Part shown: positions 17,569 through 27,591 of the stretch, in pieces
Layout of the letters: the number at the start of each line of letters is the position of its first letter
How positions within the stretch are numbered: position 1 is the first letter of the stretch
IMG/VR virus record: IMGVR_UViG_3300044711_000125
Location: 1-46,315 of that record
From: a virus
Taxonomy: Duplodnaviria; Caudoviricetes
Length of the DNA: 46,315 nt
Reading direction: 5' to 3' (one strand)
Program-made: the position numbers and the translations under genes
The notes under the pieces: model-generated
Database searches by the model: none
Seen by the model: the letters and a program-made list of their open reading frames with translations, nothing else
What the model was told of the DNA's origin: nothing

Positions 17569-19173
17569 ATGAGATTTTTTGATAGGGTGAGGATGGCGGC
17601 GGAGGTGTTGCTGAATCGGTATGAGGGGGCGAATCCGAGTACGCCGGAGAGGAGCTGGATACCGGCGTTTGTCAGGGATGCGCGGTTTGATGCGAATTCG
17701 TTTTCGAGGTGGGAGCTGACGCGGAAGATACGGTATTTCGAGCGGAACGTGTGGTTGGTGCAGGCGCTGCAGCGGGAGTTCATCAAGTGGACGGTGGGTC
17801 CGAATGGGCTGCCGGTGATACCGAGCTCGAGCGACACGGATTGGAATGAGCGGATGTTGGAGAGTTACCAGGAGTGGTGCGAGTCGCCATGCCTGGACTC
17901 GACGATCACGATGAGCCAGGCGCATAAGCAGATGGCGGGGGAGAGTCATATTGATGGGGAGCTGTTTATTGCGAAGACGCGGAGCAAGGTGTCGGGGCAG
18001 GCGTCGCGGCCGGCGATTCAGTTGGTGGAGAGTCATCGGGTGTCGAGCCCTGGTCATGAGTGGTCGATGGCGTATGCGCAGCAGGGGATTGCGAGTCCGA
18101 GTGAGACGGACCGGAATGTGGTGGACGGGGTGCAGCTCGGGCTGGACTCGAGGGGGAAGGCGACGAAGCCGATCGGATATTGGGTGCGGGAGAGTTTCGA
18201 GGGTGATGCGTGGGTGTTCCGGTCGGTGGCGGAGGTGCATCATGTTTTTGATCCGACGCGGGTGGGGATGTACCGGGAGATTACGCCGTATCACGCTTGT
18301 TTGAACACGCTGCATGATTTGGATGACCTCGAGGCGATGGAGATGCAGAAGGCGAAGGCGAATTCGGAGGTGGCGAACATTTTGAAGAATTCGACTGGGG
18401 AAATACCGCCGTCGATGGTGAGGCGTGAGCGGTACCTGGGGAAGGCGGTGGCGCCGGGGAAGGCGGATGAGGATTTTAATAAGCGGCTGGAGATGTACCG
18501 GAAAGTTTTGGGGAGCCGGACGATTGCGCTGAAGAGCAATGAGGACCTGGCGCAGCTTACGAGCACGAACCCGAGCGCGGCGACGCAGTGGTACTGGCGG
18601 TATAAGATTGGGCAGATTTGCGCGGCGCAGGGGATCCCGATGATTTTGATTTTTCCGGAGATGATCGAGAGCATCCAGGGGACGGTGGTGCGGGGGATTT
18701 ATGACAATGCGCACGAGTTTTTCCGGAGCAAGTTTTTCGTGTTCGCACACGCGGCGAGGGATGTTTACCGGTATTACGCGAATTGGGCGCGCTACAATGA
18801 TCCGCGGTGCGTGGACGCGCCGGCGGATTGGGCGAAGTGTCATGTGATCCCGCCGCGGGCGGTGAATGTGGATATTGGGCGGAATTCGGCGGCGATGCTG
18901 TCGGAGCTGGCGGCGGGGACGACGAATTATGATCGGGTGTATGGGATGCAGGGGAGCACGGCTGAGGTTGGGCTGAGGCAGAAGGCCAGGAACGTGGCGC
19001 TGATTAAGAGGATTGCGAAGGAGGAAGGGGTTGAGCCGGCGGAGATCGCGGCGCCGCTGGGGGATGTGTTGTTGAAGCTGGCGCAGGCGGAACAGGCGGA
19101 TGCCGGAGGGGATTCAACAGGAGGGAACGGAGGGAACGGAGAGAGGGTTGGGGCGGCGGAGGAAGAGGAGTGA
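17569..19173 (+). CDS. Portal protein, lambda family
   Basis: RYEGA, VGPNGL, DGELF, IQLVESHRV, DGVQLG...GKATKPIGYWV, HHVFDPTRVGMYRE. Confidence 0.92.
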   Translation: MRFFDRVRMAAEVLLNRYEGANPSTPERSWIPAFVRDARFDANSFSRWELTRKIRYFERNVWLVQALQREFIKWTVGPNGLPVIPSSSDTDWNERMLESYQEWCESPCLDSTITMSQAHKQMAGESHIDGELFIAKTRSKVSGQASRPAIQLVESHRVSSPGHEWSMAYAQQGIASPSETDRNVVDGVQLGLDSRGKATKPIGYWVRESFEGDAWVFRSVAEVHHVFDPTRVGMYREITPYHACLNTLHDLDDLEAMEMQKAKANSEVANILKNSTGEIPPSMVRRERYLGKAVAPGKADEDFNKRLEMYRKVLGSRTIALKSNEDLAQLTSTNPSAATQWYWRYKIGQICAAQGIPMILIFPEMIESIQGTVVRGIYDNAHEFFRSKFFVFAHAARDVYRYYANWARYNDPRCVDAPADWAKCHVIPPRAVNVDIGRNSAAMLSELAAGTTNYDRVYGMQGSTAEVGLRQKARNVALIKRIAKEEGVEPAEIAAPLGDVLLKLAQAEQADAGGDSTGGNGGNGERVGAAEEEE

Positions 19174-19330
19174 CGCGGAAGGTGAGAGGGACGAGGGGCG
19201 AGGGGCGAGGTCTGCCTCGGAGCTATAGCGAATAGCAAATGGCAGATGGACTTTCAATGGAGCACAAACAAAAACATGCGCCAAACCCGCCGTGGCTCCA
19301 TGCGGTGGTTAGGGCGCTAGAAAGGCCACA

Positions 19331-19480
19331 ATGGAAGAACTACAAAAAGTTCTCGTCACCAAGATTGGTGAGCAGTTGAAGGCGGACAAGATGAACGTCC
19401 AGCTTCTCGATGTGCTCAACCGACTTTTGGGAACAACATCAAACTTCATCCTGGCAACGAAAGGGATGGAGAAGAAATGA
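19331..19480 (+). CDS. 49-aa lower-GC ORF flanked by inverted repeats
   Basis: Hand translation MEELQKVLVTKIGEQLKADKMNVQLLDVLNRLLGTTSNFILATKGMEKK*; AAAGG upstream; hairpin after the stop. Confidence 0.6.
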   Translation: MEELQKVLVTKIGEQLKADKMNVQLLDVLNRLLGTTSNFILATKGMEKK

Positions 19481-19531
19481 GCTTGGGGCGGCGGAGCTAA
19501 ACACTCTGCCGCCCTAACCACAGATGGGCCG

Positions 19532-19990
19532 GTGGCGGCCGAGAAAATGATTTTGGGATTTATCAGCCTGGCGGTGCTGCAGGTCGTGCTGTATGGGCTG
19601 CACAAAATTGACCTGAGGAGAATGACTATGGAATTGAAAGATGCCCTGGCTGCGATCGACGCGGCCACAACGAAAATTGCAGCGAATGTCGAGGTGCAGG
19701 CGACGGCATTGCAAACGCAGGCCAACACGATCCAGACGATCTCGGATGAAATGGACGCGCTGGAGCTGGCGCTGAAGAACGCCGGCGTGCCGCAGGAACT
19801 CATCGATCAGGCGAACGGATTGGCGAGCAAGACGCAGGCAGCGAGTGATGCGATGGATACGCAGGTGACGGCGCTGCAGGCGCAGGTGCCGGTGTTGCAG
19901 GCAATCGCGGCGAAGGGTGCGACGAATCCGGTGCCGGTGCCAGTGCCGGAACCGGCGCCGACGGCGCCGACGGCGGAGAATCCGTCCTGA
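19532..19990 (+). CDS. Ala/Gln-rich coiled-coil protein with possible N-terminal membrane anchor
   Basis: ILGFISLAVLQVVLYGL followed by helical repeats and a Pro-rich tail; start uncertain. Confidence 0.7.
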   Translation: MAAEKMILGFISLAVLQVVLYGLHKIDLRRMTMELKDALAAIDAATTKIAANVEVQATALQTQANTIQTISDEMDALELALKNAGVPQELIDQANGLASKTQAASDAMDTQVTALQAQVPVLQAIAAKGATNPVPVPVPEPAPTAPTAENPS

Positions 19991-20015
19991 GAAGGGCGAG
20001 GTGAGAGGGGCGAGC

Positions 20016-20115
20016 CGCCTTCGCTCAGAAGCTACGGCGCGCCAAGGGGGCGAGGCTGCGGCTGGTCTCGGCGAGCCAGCCGCGGTCCGGCGCGCTCGGG
20101 AGAGCGCGCCCTACC
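20016..20115 (+). repeat. Cluster of three REP-like hairpins, including variant copy 5 of the 29-bp element (20055-20083)
   Basis: CGCCTTCGCTCAGAAGCTACGGCG; GCTGCGGCTGGTCTCGGCGAGCCAGCCGC; GGCGCGCTCGGGAGAGCGCGCCCTACC. Confidence 0.8.
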
Positions 20116-20127
20116 TGAGGTCCGCGG

Positions 20128-20412
20128 CTACGTGGCGCGGGCGGATTGGCGCGCGCCGGCCGAGCTGGTAAGCGGGACGGGTGTGCCGAAGGATTGGATG
20201 ACTTGCTCGACGCCTTTGGCGGCCTCTTGCAGCCACTTCAGGGATTGCTCGCTGTAGAGGCGGATCTCGTTTTGGCGGACTTCCTGGGACTCGAGCTTGG
20301 TGGAGGCGGGAGCGATGACAGGTTCACCGCGAGTGAAGTCGCGGGCCTTGGTGATGAGGTCGTCCAGTTGACGCTGGAAGACGGACCAGTCGGAGACGGA
20401 GGTTTTGGTCAT
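20128..20412 (-). CDS. Antisense hypothetical protein (moron-like, 94 aa)
   Basis: MTKTSVSDWSVFQRQLDDLITKARDF...; helical and protein-like; no convincing plus-strand ORF here. Confidence 0.6.
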   Translation of the reverse strand: MTKTSVSDWSVFQRQLDDLITKARDFTRGEPVIAPASTKLESQEVRQNEIRLYSEQSLKWLQEAAKGVEQVIQSFGTPVPLTSSAGARQSARAT

Positions 20413-20525
20413 ACGGAAGTCTAAAGTCCAAGGTCCAAAGTCCAAAGTCAACGGATAAGAAGGGAACCACGGAGGCACAGAGGCACGGAGAGGAAATAGC
20501 GGATAGCGAATAGCGGATAGCTGAT

Positions 20526-20554
20526 GCTGCGGCTGGTCTCGGCGACACAGCCGC
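20526..20554 (+). repeat. 29-bp hairpin element, copy 6
   Basis: Exact copy. Confidence 0.95.
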
Positions 20555-20807
20555 GCTCCGGGGAAGAGGAAGAGGCGGAGGCAGAGCGGTACCTAAAGTG
20601 CAGTCAATTGGAGCAAGTTGCACTAAAGCGCTGCAAGTTGGAGGGGCCAGAATTGGCGGTGTTGTGTTGTAGTGCAGAGGCCAGGGATGGCAGGGGTTAC
20701 AGGGGGCCCCGCTCTTGCGCGCACAAGGGCGGGGCGGCCGCCCGGAGGTGAGAGGGAAGAGGGGCGAGGGGCGAGGGCTTGATAATCTTACTACTTTTTT
20801 CAAGAGG

Positions 20808-23171
20808 ATGCCGAGGAAGCTAAACATCAAGAATCAAACGGAGAGGATCTATGCGTTTGATGGTGGGGAGCTGAGGATCCGGATCCCGGGACGGAATAGC
20901 CGATCGGCGATAGCCAATAGCCGAGAGGGGACGGCGGCGGAGGCACGGGCAGAGACGGCGGGCGAGGAAGCGGCGGAGATCATGGTGTATGACGTGATCG
21001 GGAGCGATCCGTGGGGCGGGCGAGGGCTGACGGCGGAGATGTTCCGGAATGCGTTGAAGGAAATTCCCAGGGAGCGCGAGTTGCATGTGCGGGTGAATTC
21101 GCGCGGCGGCGATGTGCATGAGGGGATGGCGATTAAGAATTGCCTGGATGAATGGCCGAAGAAGGTGACGGCGACGATTGATGGTGTGGCGGCTTCGACG
21201 GCGAGTTGGATGATTTTGGGGGCGGACCAGGTCCGGGCGCCGAAGACGTCGCAGATGTTCATCCATGATGCGATGGGGCTGGCGATGGGGAACGCGGAGG
21301 AGATGCGGAGCCTGGCGGATAGCCTGGATAAGACGTCGGACCAGATTGCGGGGATTTACGCGGATAAGACGGGCAAGGGCGTCCGGACGATGCGGCAGAT
21401 GATGAAGGAGGAGACGCTGCTGACGGGTGAGGAGGCGGCGGAGTTGGGGTTGGTGGACGAGTTGGTGGATGGGAAGGCGGTACGGAATTTCGGGCCGGAG
21501 GAGATCACGCAGATGCGGAATAGGCTGGCGGCGATTTACAATCGGCGAGGAGGCGATGGAGGGAATAGCGAATCGCAAATAGCGAATAGCGAAGGTGGGG
21601 AAACAATCATGAACAGGGACAAAATTATAGCGCTGCTGAAGAAGCATGGCGTGACGCAGATCAATAATGTGGCCATCGACGAGAAGACGACGATGGAGCA
21701 GCTCGAGACAGCACTCGAGACAGCAATGGCAAATCGACAATCGCAGATAGCCAATAGCCAAACCCAGCCGCCGGCGGCGGTACCGGGAGCGGCAGCCGGC
21801 ACGCCGGCGAGCGCGGGGCCAGGCCTGGCCGAGATCCAGGAGCTGAAGAATCAGATCAGCCAGCTTACGGAGGCGAACAATGCCGCGAAGAAGCTGCGGA
21901 TCACGGCGCTGGTGGAGAAATGGATTTCGGACGACAAGCTCCCGGCCGGCAAGAAGAACGAGACTATCAATGAGGTGATGGGTAATGAGAGGTTGATCGC
22001 AATCTTTGATGCGTTGCCGAGCAATCCGCCGGGCGGGGAGCCGCTGCGGCCAACCGGTGTCGAAGTGACGGGGGATTCGATCGCCGATGTGCAGACGCAC
22101 ATTTTGAATAATGGGCCGCGGTTGATGGCGCGGTTCACGGGGGCCAATGCCGGCCGGGTGATTGATGCCCAGGCGACCAAGGCGCTGAATGATGGCGCGC
22201 TGGTGGTGGCGAACACGCTGAAGAAGCATCGGACCAAGCTGGTGGAGATGTTCAATGCGAACGTCATCGATGCCGATCTGCAGCGGATCGTGATTTTGTC
22301 GGATTTGCTGCGGGCGTTTGCGCGCCGGCTGCTGCCGCTGCGTGCGTTCTGCACGAGCTTCACGAATGTGCCGCTGGAGGGCACGGACAAGGTGGCAGTG
22401 CCGTATTTCGCGCTGGACACGATCGCGGCGACGGATTGGGTGGCGGCGACCGGGTATGTGGCCGAGGCGACGGCGCAGAGCGTGCGGGAAGTGACGATCA
22501 ACAAGCGGAAGTACAAGGGGCTGGCGTTCAGTTCGTCGGAGCTTCGCCGGCAGCCGTACCAGAATTGGGCGGAATTGGCCGCGCTGAAGGCCGAGAGGCT
22601 GGCGGTGGACGTGAATCAGGATGTGCTGAGCGTGGTAACGGCCGCGAATTACGGCGCCGCGGCAAAGACGACTCCGGCGGCCGCTTTCACGGCGGACGAT
22701 ATCGCCGATTTGTATGTGGCGGCCACGGATGCGAACTGGCCGGACACCGGGCGTTGCCTGGTGCTGACGAGCGCTTACAAGGGGGCGCTGCTGAAGGACC
22801 CGAGCTTCAAGCAGTACCTGGCTTATGGGAGTGACGCGGCCATTCGGCGCGCGGAGATCCAGGAGGCGTATGGGTTTACGGATATCTTCACGGTGCCGTC
22901 GGCAAATTTCCCGGCGAACTCGGAGAACCTGGTCGGGTTCATCAATCACAAGGCGGCGGCGCTGGTGGCGACTGCGCCGATCATGCCGGCGCCGGCAGTG
23001 CGGGCGGTGATGGTGCAGTATGACCTGGTCGTGGACCCGGACACCGGTGTGGCGATAGAGTATCGGAAGTTCGGCAATGCGCAGCTCGACGTGCAGAACG
23101 AGTTCGTGGAGTGCAATTACGGCTACGCGAAGGGCGTGGAGACGGCGCTGCAGAGAATCGTGAGCGGTTGA
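20808..23171 (+). CDS. ClpP-type prohead protease fused to scaffold and major capsid protein
   Basis: YDVIG, RVNSRGGDV, IDGVAASTASW, MFIHDA, ETLLTGEEAAELGLVDE, followed without a stop by a capsid-sized domain ending YGYAKG...ALQRIVS. Confidence 0.9.
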   Translation: MPRKLNIKNQTERIYAFDGGELRIRIPGRNSRSAIANSREGTAAEARAETAGEEAAEIMVYDVIGSDPWGGRGLTAEMFRNALKEIPRERELHVRVNSRGGDVHEGMAIKNCLDEWPKKVTATIDGVAASTASWMILGADQVRAPKTSQMFIHDAMGLAMGNAEEMRSLADSLDKTSDQIAGIYADKTGKGVRTMRQMMKEETLLTGEEAAELGLVDELVDGKAVRNFGPEEITQMRNRLAAIYNRRGGDGGNSESQIANSEGGETIMNRDKIIALLKKHGVTQINNVAIDEKTTMEQLETALETAMANRQSQIANSQTQPPAAVPGAAAGTPASAGPGLAEIQELKNQISQLTEANNAAKKLRITALVEKWISDDKLPAGKKNETINEVMGNERLIAIFDALPSNPPGGEPLRPTGVEVTGDSIADVQTHILNNGPRLMARFTGANAGRVIDAQATKALNDGALVVANTLKKHRTKLVEMFNANVIDADLQRIVILSDLLRAFARRLLPLRAFCTSFTNVPLEGTDKVAVPYFALDTIAATDWVAATGYVAEATAQSVREVTINKRKYKGLAFSSSELRRQPYQNWAELAALKAERLAVDVNQDVLSVVTAANYGAAAKTTPAAAFTADDIADLYVAATDANWPDTGRCLVLTSAYKGALLKDPSFKQYLAYGSDAAIRRAEIQEAYGFTDIFTVPSANFPANSENLVGFINHKAAALVATAPIMPAPAVRAVMVQYDLVVDPDTGVAIEYRKFGNAQLDVQNEFVECNYGYAKGVETALQRIVSG

Positions 23172-23266
23172 TGAGGTGTGAGGTGAGAGGGGCGAGGTGA
23201 GAAGTTGGAGACTCGCGGAGCTCGCCCCTCCGGAATAGCAAATAGCAAATAGCGAATAGCGAAGGA

Positions 23267-23518
23267 ATGAGGACGGCGGTCACAGTGGGGAAGACGCATC
23301 GGGGCGAGTGGGCCCTGATGTCGGGGCCGGAGGTGCCGCTGGTGGAGCAGCTCCAGAGTTTCCGGAAGTTGATCGGGCAAAAGACCAATCCGGTTTTTTG
23401 CCAGGTCAGGCTCCAGGAGAGCGATGGGGCGGCGAGGGTGCTGAAGTTTGGAGTCCAGAGTCCAAAGTCCAAAGTCCAAAGTCGGAAATCCGAAGAGGAA
23501 ATAGCCAATAGCCAATAG
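23267..23518 (+). CDS. Small hypothetical protein downstream of the capsid gene
   Basis: AAGGA upstream; C-terminus built from repeats. Confidence 0.65.
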   Translation: MRTAVTVGKTHRGEWALMSGPEVPLVEQLQSFRKLIGQKTNPVFCQVRLQESDGAARVLKFGVQSPKSKVQSRKSEEEIANSQ

Positions 23519-23595
23519 CGAATAGCGAACCCCGAAAGCTTTCGGGGCAGGTAGCAGATGGCAAAAGGCGAGCGAGTGATGGGAGAGAAAGATTT

Positions 23596-24057
23596 ATGAG
23601 AATTATGGGAAGAATGGGAAGAATGGCGGCGGTGCTGGCGGCGGTGGTGGGCCTGGCGGTGGGGGCGCAGGCGGGGATCATTACGACGTCGATGACGGGG
23701 GGGACGACGAACCAGTACAATTATGTGGCGGCGGCAGCGACGAATACGCCGCTGGCGGTGTTGAGCGTGCCGCAATCGACGGTGTTGAGCGTGCTGGCGA
23801 CATTCTCGTGCACGGCGAGCAATAGCGCGGTGGTGACGCTGAGGTTCGACACGTCGGTGGACAATTCGCATTGGGTCAGCAATACGCTGGCATGGCCGAT
23901 AACGGCGAACGGGACGAGCACGGTGACGGCGAGCACGAATTTGACGGTGGGGGCGACGCCGTTTGTGAGGGTGCGAGTGGTGGAGAATCCGGCGAATGGC
24001 GGTACCGGCGGGGTGACGAATTTGCTGGTGAATGGGTTTACGAAGAACGGAATGTGA
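23596..24057 (+). CDS. Signal-peptide-bearing beta-rich protein (possible decoration protein)
   Basis: MAAVLAAVVGLAVGAQA|G fits a Sec signal with AxA site; mature part is T/N/V rich. Confidence 0.75.
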   Translation: MRIMGRMGRMAAVLAAVVGLAVGAQAGIITTSMTGGTTNQYNYVAAAATNTPLAVLSVPQSTVLSVLATFSCTASNSAVVTLRFDTSVDNSHWVSNTLAWPITANGTSTVTASTNLTVGATPFVRVRVVENPANGGTGGVTNLLVNGFTKNGM

Positions 24058-24131
24058 CGGGCGGAAACGTTAAATCGTTAAATCGTTGAATCGTTGAATC
24101 GGAAGAGGCGGAGGAAGAGGCGGAGGGTTGA

Positions 24132-24482
24132 ATGAGTGCGGTGCTGGATATTGTCGGGCATTGCGCGGAGGTGATAGCGGCGGGGCATGGGGATGACCTG
24201 ACGCTGATGCCGATGGGGTCAAAGGTGCGGGGTTATGCGCAGTTGGTGGGCGAGAACCCGGACATTTTGGCGCGACGTCATAATATGCCGCTGCGGTTGG
24301 ACCTGGGGGTGGTGCTGGTGAGTCATATCGTGCATATCCTGCGGTCGGACATGCCGAAGAAGATCTCGGATTACAAGGTGGTGACGCAGATCGTGTTCAA
24401 GGGAAAGACGCTGCGGGTGAAGCAGTTTGTGGATGATCCGATGACGAGTCCGGAGATTGAGTTTTATTGCACGAGCGCGTGA
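24132..24482 (+). CDS. Putative head-tail joining protein
   Basis: Size, position and beta-rich pattern. Confidence 0.55.
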   Translation: MSAVLDIVGHCAEVIAAGHGDDLTLMPMGSKVRGYAQLVGENPDILARRHNMPLRLDLGVVLVSHIVHILRSDMPKKISDYKVVTQIVFKGKTLRVKQFVDDPMTSPEIEFYCTSA

Positions 24483-24589
24483 AGAGGTGAGAGGGGCGAA
24501 GTGCGAGGGGCGAAGTGCGGAGCAATAGCCGATAGCGGATAGCGGATAGCGGAGGCAGAGGCAGACGAAGAGGAAGAGGCAGAGCGGGG

Positions 24590-25303
24590 ATGATTGATAA
24601 GGCGGCATTGGATTCGGAGATGGCCAGGCTGAACCAGACGCTGGCGCTGTATCAGAGGGCGAGCGGGAAGGCGCTGGATGAGGTGCTGCGGAAGAAGTCG
24701 AATGATCTGCGGATCGAGTTGTTCAAGCAGTTCCGGACGTTGATGCCGGCGAAGGGTGCGGTGAGGGCGGAACGGTTGCAGTCGCTGAGGCACGGAGGCG
24801 GGATTCATGTGCGGGCGAAGGTGTATGAGGCGATCGCGGCGAAGTACGGGGCGGTGCCGATCGAGAGCGGGTTGATGATGTTCCGGGCCGGGGCGCGCGG
24901 AGGCCTGCGCGGGACGACGAGGGCCGGATTGAATTTGCAGGCGCTGGCGGTGCAGCGGGAATTGAGTTTGCGGGAGAGCGGGCGCGGGTTTACGGCGTGG
25001 TCGGCGAATAAGCAGTTGATGCCGAGCGCGGAAGCGACTGAGGGCGTGTCGGTGAGCCGATACGAGGAGTGGCTGGGGGAGTTTCGGATGCCGCGGACGG
25101 TGGAGAAGGATGGAAAGGCTGAGGCGACGTTCACGTGGGGCCCGCTTTCGCAGGAGAGCGCGGATGTGGTAAGGGCGATTGGCCGGGCGAAGGGGATGAA
25201 GGCGGTGCAGCGGGCGATGGCGGCGGTGACGGCGGACATGATTCCGTATATCGAGGAGCATATTGGGAAGGCGGCGACGGCGGCGGGGCTGGGGAAGGTG
25301 TGA
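24590..25303 (+). CDS. Putative neck / tail-completion protein
   Basis: Basic protein in the neck-gene position. Confidence 0.6.
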   Translation: MIDKAALDSEMARLNQTLALYQRASGKALDEVLRKKSNDLRIELFKQFRTLMPAKGAVRAERLQSLRHGGGIHVRAKVYEAIAAKYGAVPIESGLMMFRAGARGGLRGTTRAGLNLQALAVQRELSLRESGRGFTAWSANKQLMPSAEATEGVSVSRYEEWLGEFRMPRTVEKDGKAEATFTWGPLSQESADVVRAIGRAKGMKAVQRAMAAVTADMIPYIEEHIGKAATAAGLGKV

Positions 25304-25417
25304 GGTGAGAGGGGAGAGAGACGAAGTAGTTGAGAGTTGATGGTTGAGAGTTGATGGCCAAATAGCGGATAGCGGATGGAAGAGGAAGAGGCGGAGGCAG
25401 AGGAAGAAGCGGGATGA

Positions 25418-25885
25418 ATGAAGCTGGAGGAGATACAGGGGAATTTGCGGCAGATTTTGATCGAGATCCCGCTGCTGGCGACGGTGACGGATTGGATCGC
25501 GGTCGATGATGGGACGCAGAACCAGTTGATGGAGGAGCTGCTGCAGCGGGAGGGGGTTGGCTTTTTCATCATGATAATCGCGCCGCAGGGGTTTGATTTG
25601 CCGATGGCGGTGTCGAAGCGGGACACGGGGTTCGGGGCGGTGCTGGTGAACTATGTGACGACGATCTGGGTGCGGACGAACCCGAAGATCCAGATCAATG
25701 GGGCGCCGGTGTGGAATCCGCTGCAGGTGGAGACGGAGATTTTGGATGCGGTGATGAAGTGGAGCCGGGGGAGGAGTGATTTGGGGTTTCACCTGGTGCC
25801 GACGCTGGAGCCGGAGACGGATTTTGCGGATCACGGGAATTTTAGCCGGTTGATTAGGGTGGCGACGAGGGTGGTGTTTAAGTGA
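25418..25885 (+). CDS. Putative tail terminator
   Basis: 155 aa, alpha/beta pattern, position. Confidence 0.55.
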   Translation: MKLEEIQGNLRQILIEIPLLATVTDWIAVDDGTQNQLMEELLQREGVGFFIMIIAPQGFDLPMAVSKRDTGFGAVLVNYVTTIWVRTNPKIQINGAPVWNPLQVETEILDAVMKWSRGRSDLGFHLVPTLEPETDFADHGNFSRLIRVATRVVFK

Positions 25886-26034
25886 GGTGAGAGGGACGAG
25901 GGGCGAAGTGCGAGGTGCGAGGTGCGAAGAAGAGGGGAAGACACGAATTGCACGAATTGGCACGAAGCCCTAGCGGGCGGCCACAAAGGAAGAGGAAGAG
26001 GAAGACGAAGAGGGGGAGTGAAGATTGAGGTGCA

Positions 26035-26514
26035 ATGGCGGGAGGGCGCGAGGGAGTCGGTGGCGGTGAGGCGCGTGGGAAAGCGGCCGGCGCGGGCGTG
26101 CGGGCCGGTCGGGATCCCGTGGAGCCTGGCGGCCGTGCTCGAGTTCGTCGGAACAAAAGGGGGCATGTGTTGGGTGCCACGCCGAAACAATTGAATTTGA
26201 ATACGCTGCTGTTGCTGCTGATTGGGGCGGTGATGAGCTGGGGCGTGAAGAAGATCGATGAGAGCAATACGCAGTTGATCCGGCTCTCGACGGCGCAGTC
26301 GTTCATGGGTGAAGAGGTGAACAAACTGCGGACGGAAATGAAGGACATGGTGTTGAAGGCGGATTTTCAGGCTGAGGTAAGCCGGCTGACGAGGGAGCTG
26401 GAGACGGCGAGGGCGGATGGGAGAGGTGAGAGGGAAGAGGGGCGAGGGACGAGGTCGGAGGGAAATAAAGTCCAAAGTCCAAAGCCCAGAGTCCGAAGTC
26501 CGAAGTCTGAATGA
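26035..26514 (+). CDS. Single-TM plus coiled-coil protein (lysis region)
   Basis: LNTLLLLLIGAVMSWGV followed by a coiled coil. Confidence 0.65.
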   Translation: MAGGREGVGGGEARGKAAGAGVRAGRDPVEPGGRARVRRNKRGHVLGATPKQLNLNTLLLLLIGAVMSWGVKKIDESNTQLIRLSTAQSFMGEEVNKLRTEMKDMVLKADFQAEVSRLTRELETARADGRGEREEGRGTRSEGNKVQSPKPRVRSPKSE

Positions 26515-26717
26515 GTGAGTTTGGGAGAGAGGTTGCAGGTGGGTTGAAGAGGTTGAGGAGGGCGCTGCGGGCCGGCGGGCGCCGGCGGCCCATAGGGGCG
26601 GAGGCGCGGGAGGCGTTGAGGAATGCGATTTTGTGCGGGGAGATGGCGGTCAGGATGGAGGGACGAGGGGCGAGGGACGAGGGGAGAAGTGCGAAGGTCG
26701 AGCGGAGGCATGATTAG
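26511..26717 (+). CDS. Small basic hypothetical protein
   Basis: ATGA coupling; partly repeat-derived. Confidence 0.4.
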   Translation: MSEFGREVAGGLKRLRRALRAGGRRRPIGAEAREALRNAILCGEMAVRMEGRGARDEGRSAKVERRHD

Positions 26718-26720
26718 AAG

Positions 26721-26927
26721 ATGAGCTGGAGGCGATGGAAATTGGGGGTGGTGGTGGCGATCGGGCTGAGTCTTCTGGTTGCCGGCGCCGGCCTGGCGGC
26801 GGGGATGAAGTGGCATTCGTTCGTGGCGGTTTTTTGCACGGCGGCGCTGACGCATCTGGGGAGTTTTTTGAAGGATCATCCGGTGGAGACCGTGACTGAT
26901 GACACGGAGCAGGTGAAGAAGGATTGA
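26721..26927 (+). CDS. Holin-like two-TM protein
   Basis: 68 aa, two hydrophobic segments, charged C-terminus. Confidence 0.6.
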   Translation: MSWRRWKLGVVVAIGLSLLVAGAGLAAGMKWHSFVAVFCTAALTHLGSFLKDHPVETVTDDTEQVKKD

Positions 26928-26996
26928 CCACAGAGGCACGGAGGCACGGAGTCGGAAATAGCCAATAGCAAATAGCGGATAGCGAAGGGGAAAAAG

Positions 26997-27533
26997 ATGA
27001 AGAGATATTTGAAGGAGACCGGGTTGGTGCTGGCGGCCGCGGTGTTGCTTGTGGCGATGGCGTCGGGGTGTCGGACGGTGACCTCGAGCTCCGTGGATGC
27101 GAATGGGCAGACGAACATCGTTACGAGCAGGGTGCCGGATGCGACGACGGTGGCGCTGATAGCGGGGACGGCGAAGAGCGCGGCGTATCTGGGGACGAAG
27201 ATTTATCTGGAGGGACTTCCGCCGCGGCTGGCGGGTCATCCGGAGGCGCGGGAGGAGTTCGTGCTGGCGAGGAATTCGGTGCTGACGCTGCTGGCTCTTG
27301 GAAATTTTAGCGCGGGGGACCTTACGGCCGCGTTGCAGAATTTGCCGATCAAGGAGCTGCAGGGGGAGACGGGGACGTTGATTGTGGGTGAGGCGGTGGT
27401 GCTTTGGGATAGTTACGGCCGGCAGTTGTCGAGTTTGGACAAGGCGCAGGTGTTTCAGGGGTATATCAAGCCGGTGGCGCAGGCGATTTGTGAGGGGTTG
27501 ACGATGGCGCTCGGACCGCCGGAACCGCAGTGA
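26997..27533 (+). CDS. Lipoprotein of unknown function
   Basis: MKRYLKETGLVLAAAVLLVAMASG-C lipobox. Confidence 0.8.
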   Translation: MKRYLKETGLVLAAAVLLVAMASGCRTVTSSSVDANGQTNIVTSRVPDATTVALIAGTAKSAAYLGTKIYLEGLPPRLAGHPEAREEFVLARNSVLTLLALGNFSAGDLTAALQNLPIKELQGETGTLIVGEAVVLWDSYGRQLSSLDKAQVFQGYIKPVAQAICEGLTMALGPPEPQ

Positions 27534-27562
27534 GGGGAGAGGGGAGAGGGGCGAGGGGCGAG

Positions 27563-27591
27563 GCTGCGGCTGGTCTCGGCGACACAGCCGC
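27563..27591 (+). repeat. 29-bp hairpin element, copy 7
   Basis: Exact copy. Confidence 0.95.

Noticed and set aside
24550-24590. GAGG-rich C repeats as mere Shine-Dalgarno sequences
   Set aside because: They may help initiation in the right arm, but they keep the same strand inside a minus-strand gene (5798-5821) and also occur far from any start.
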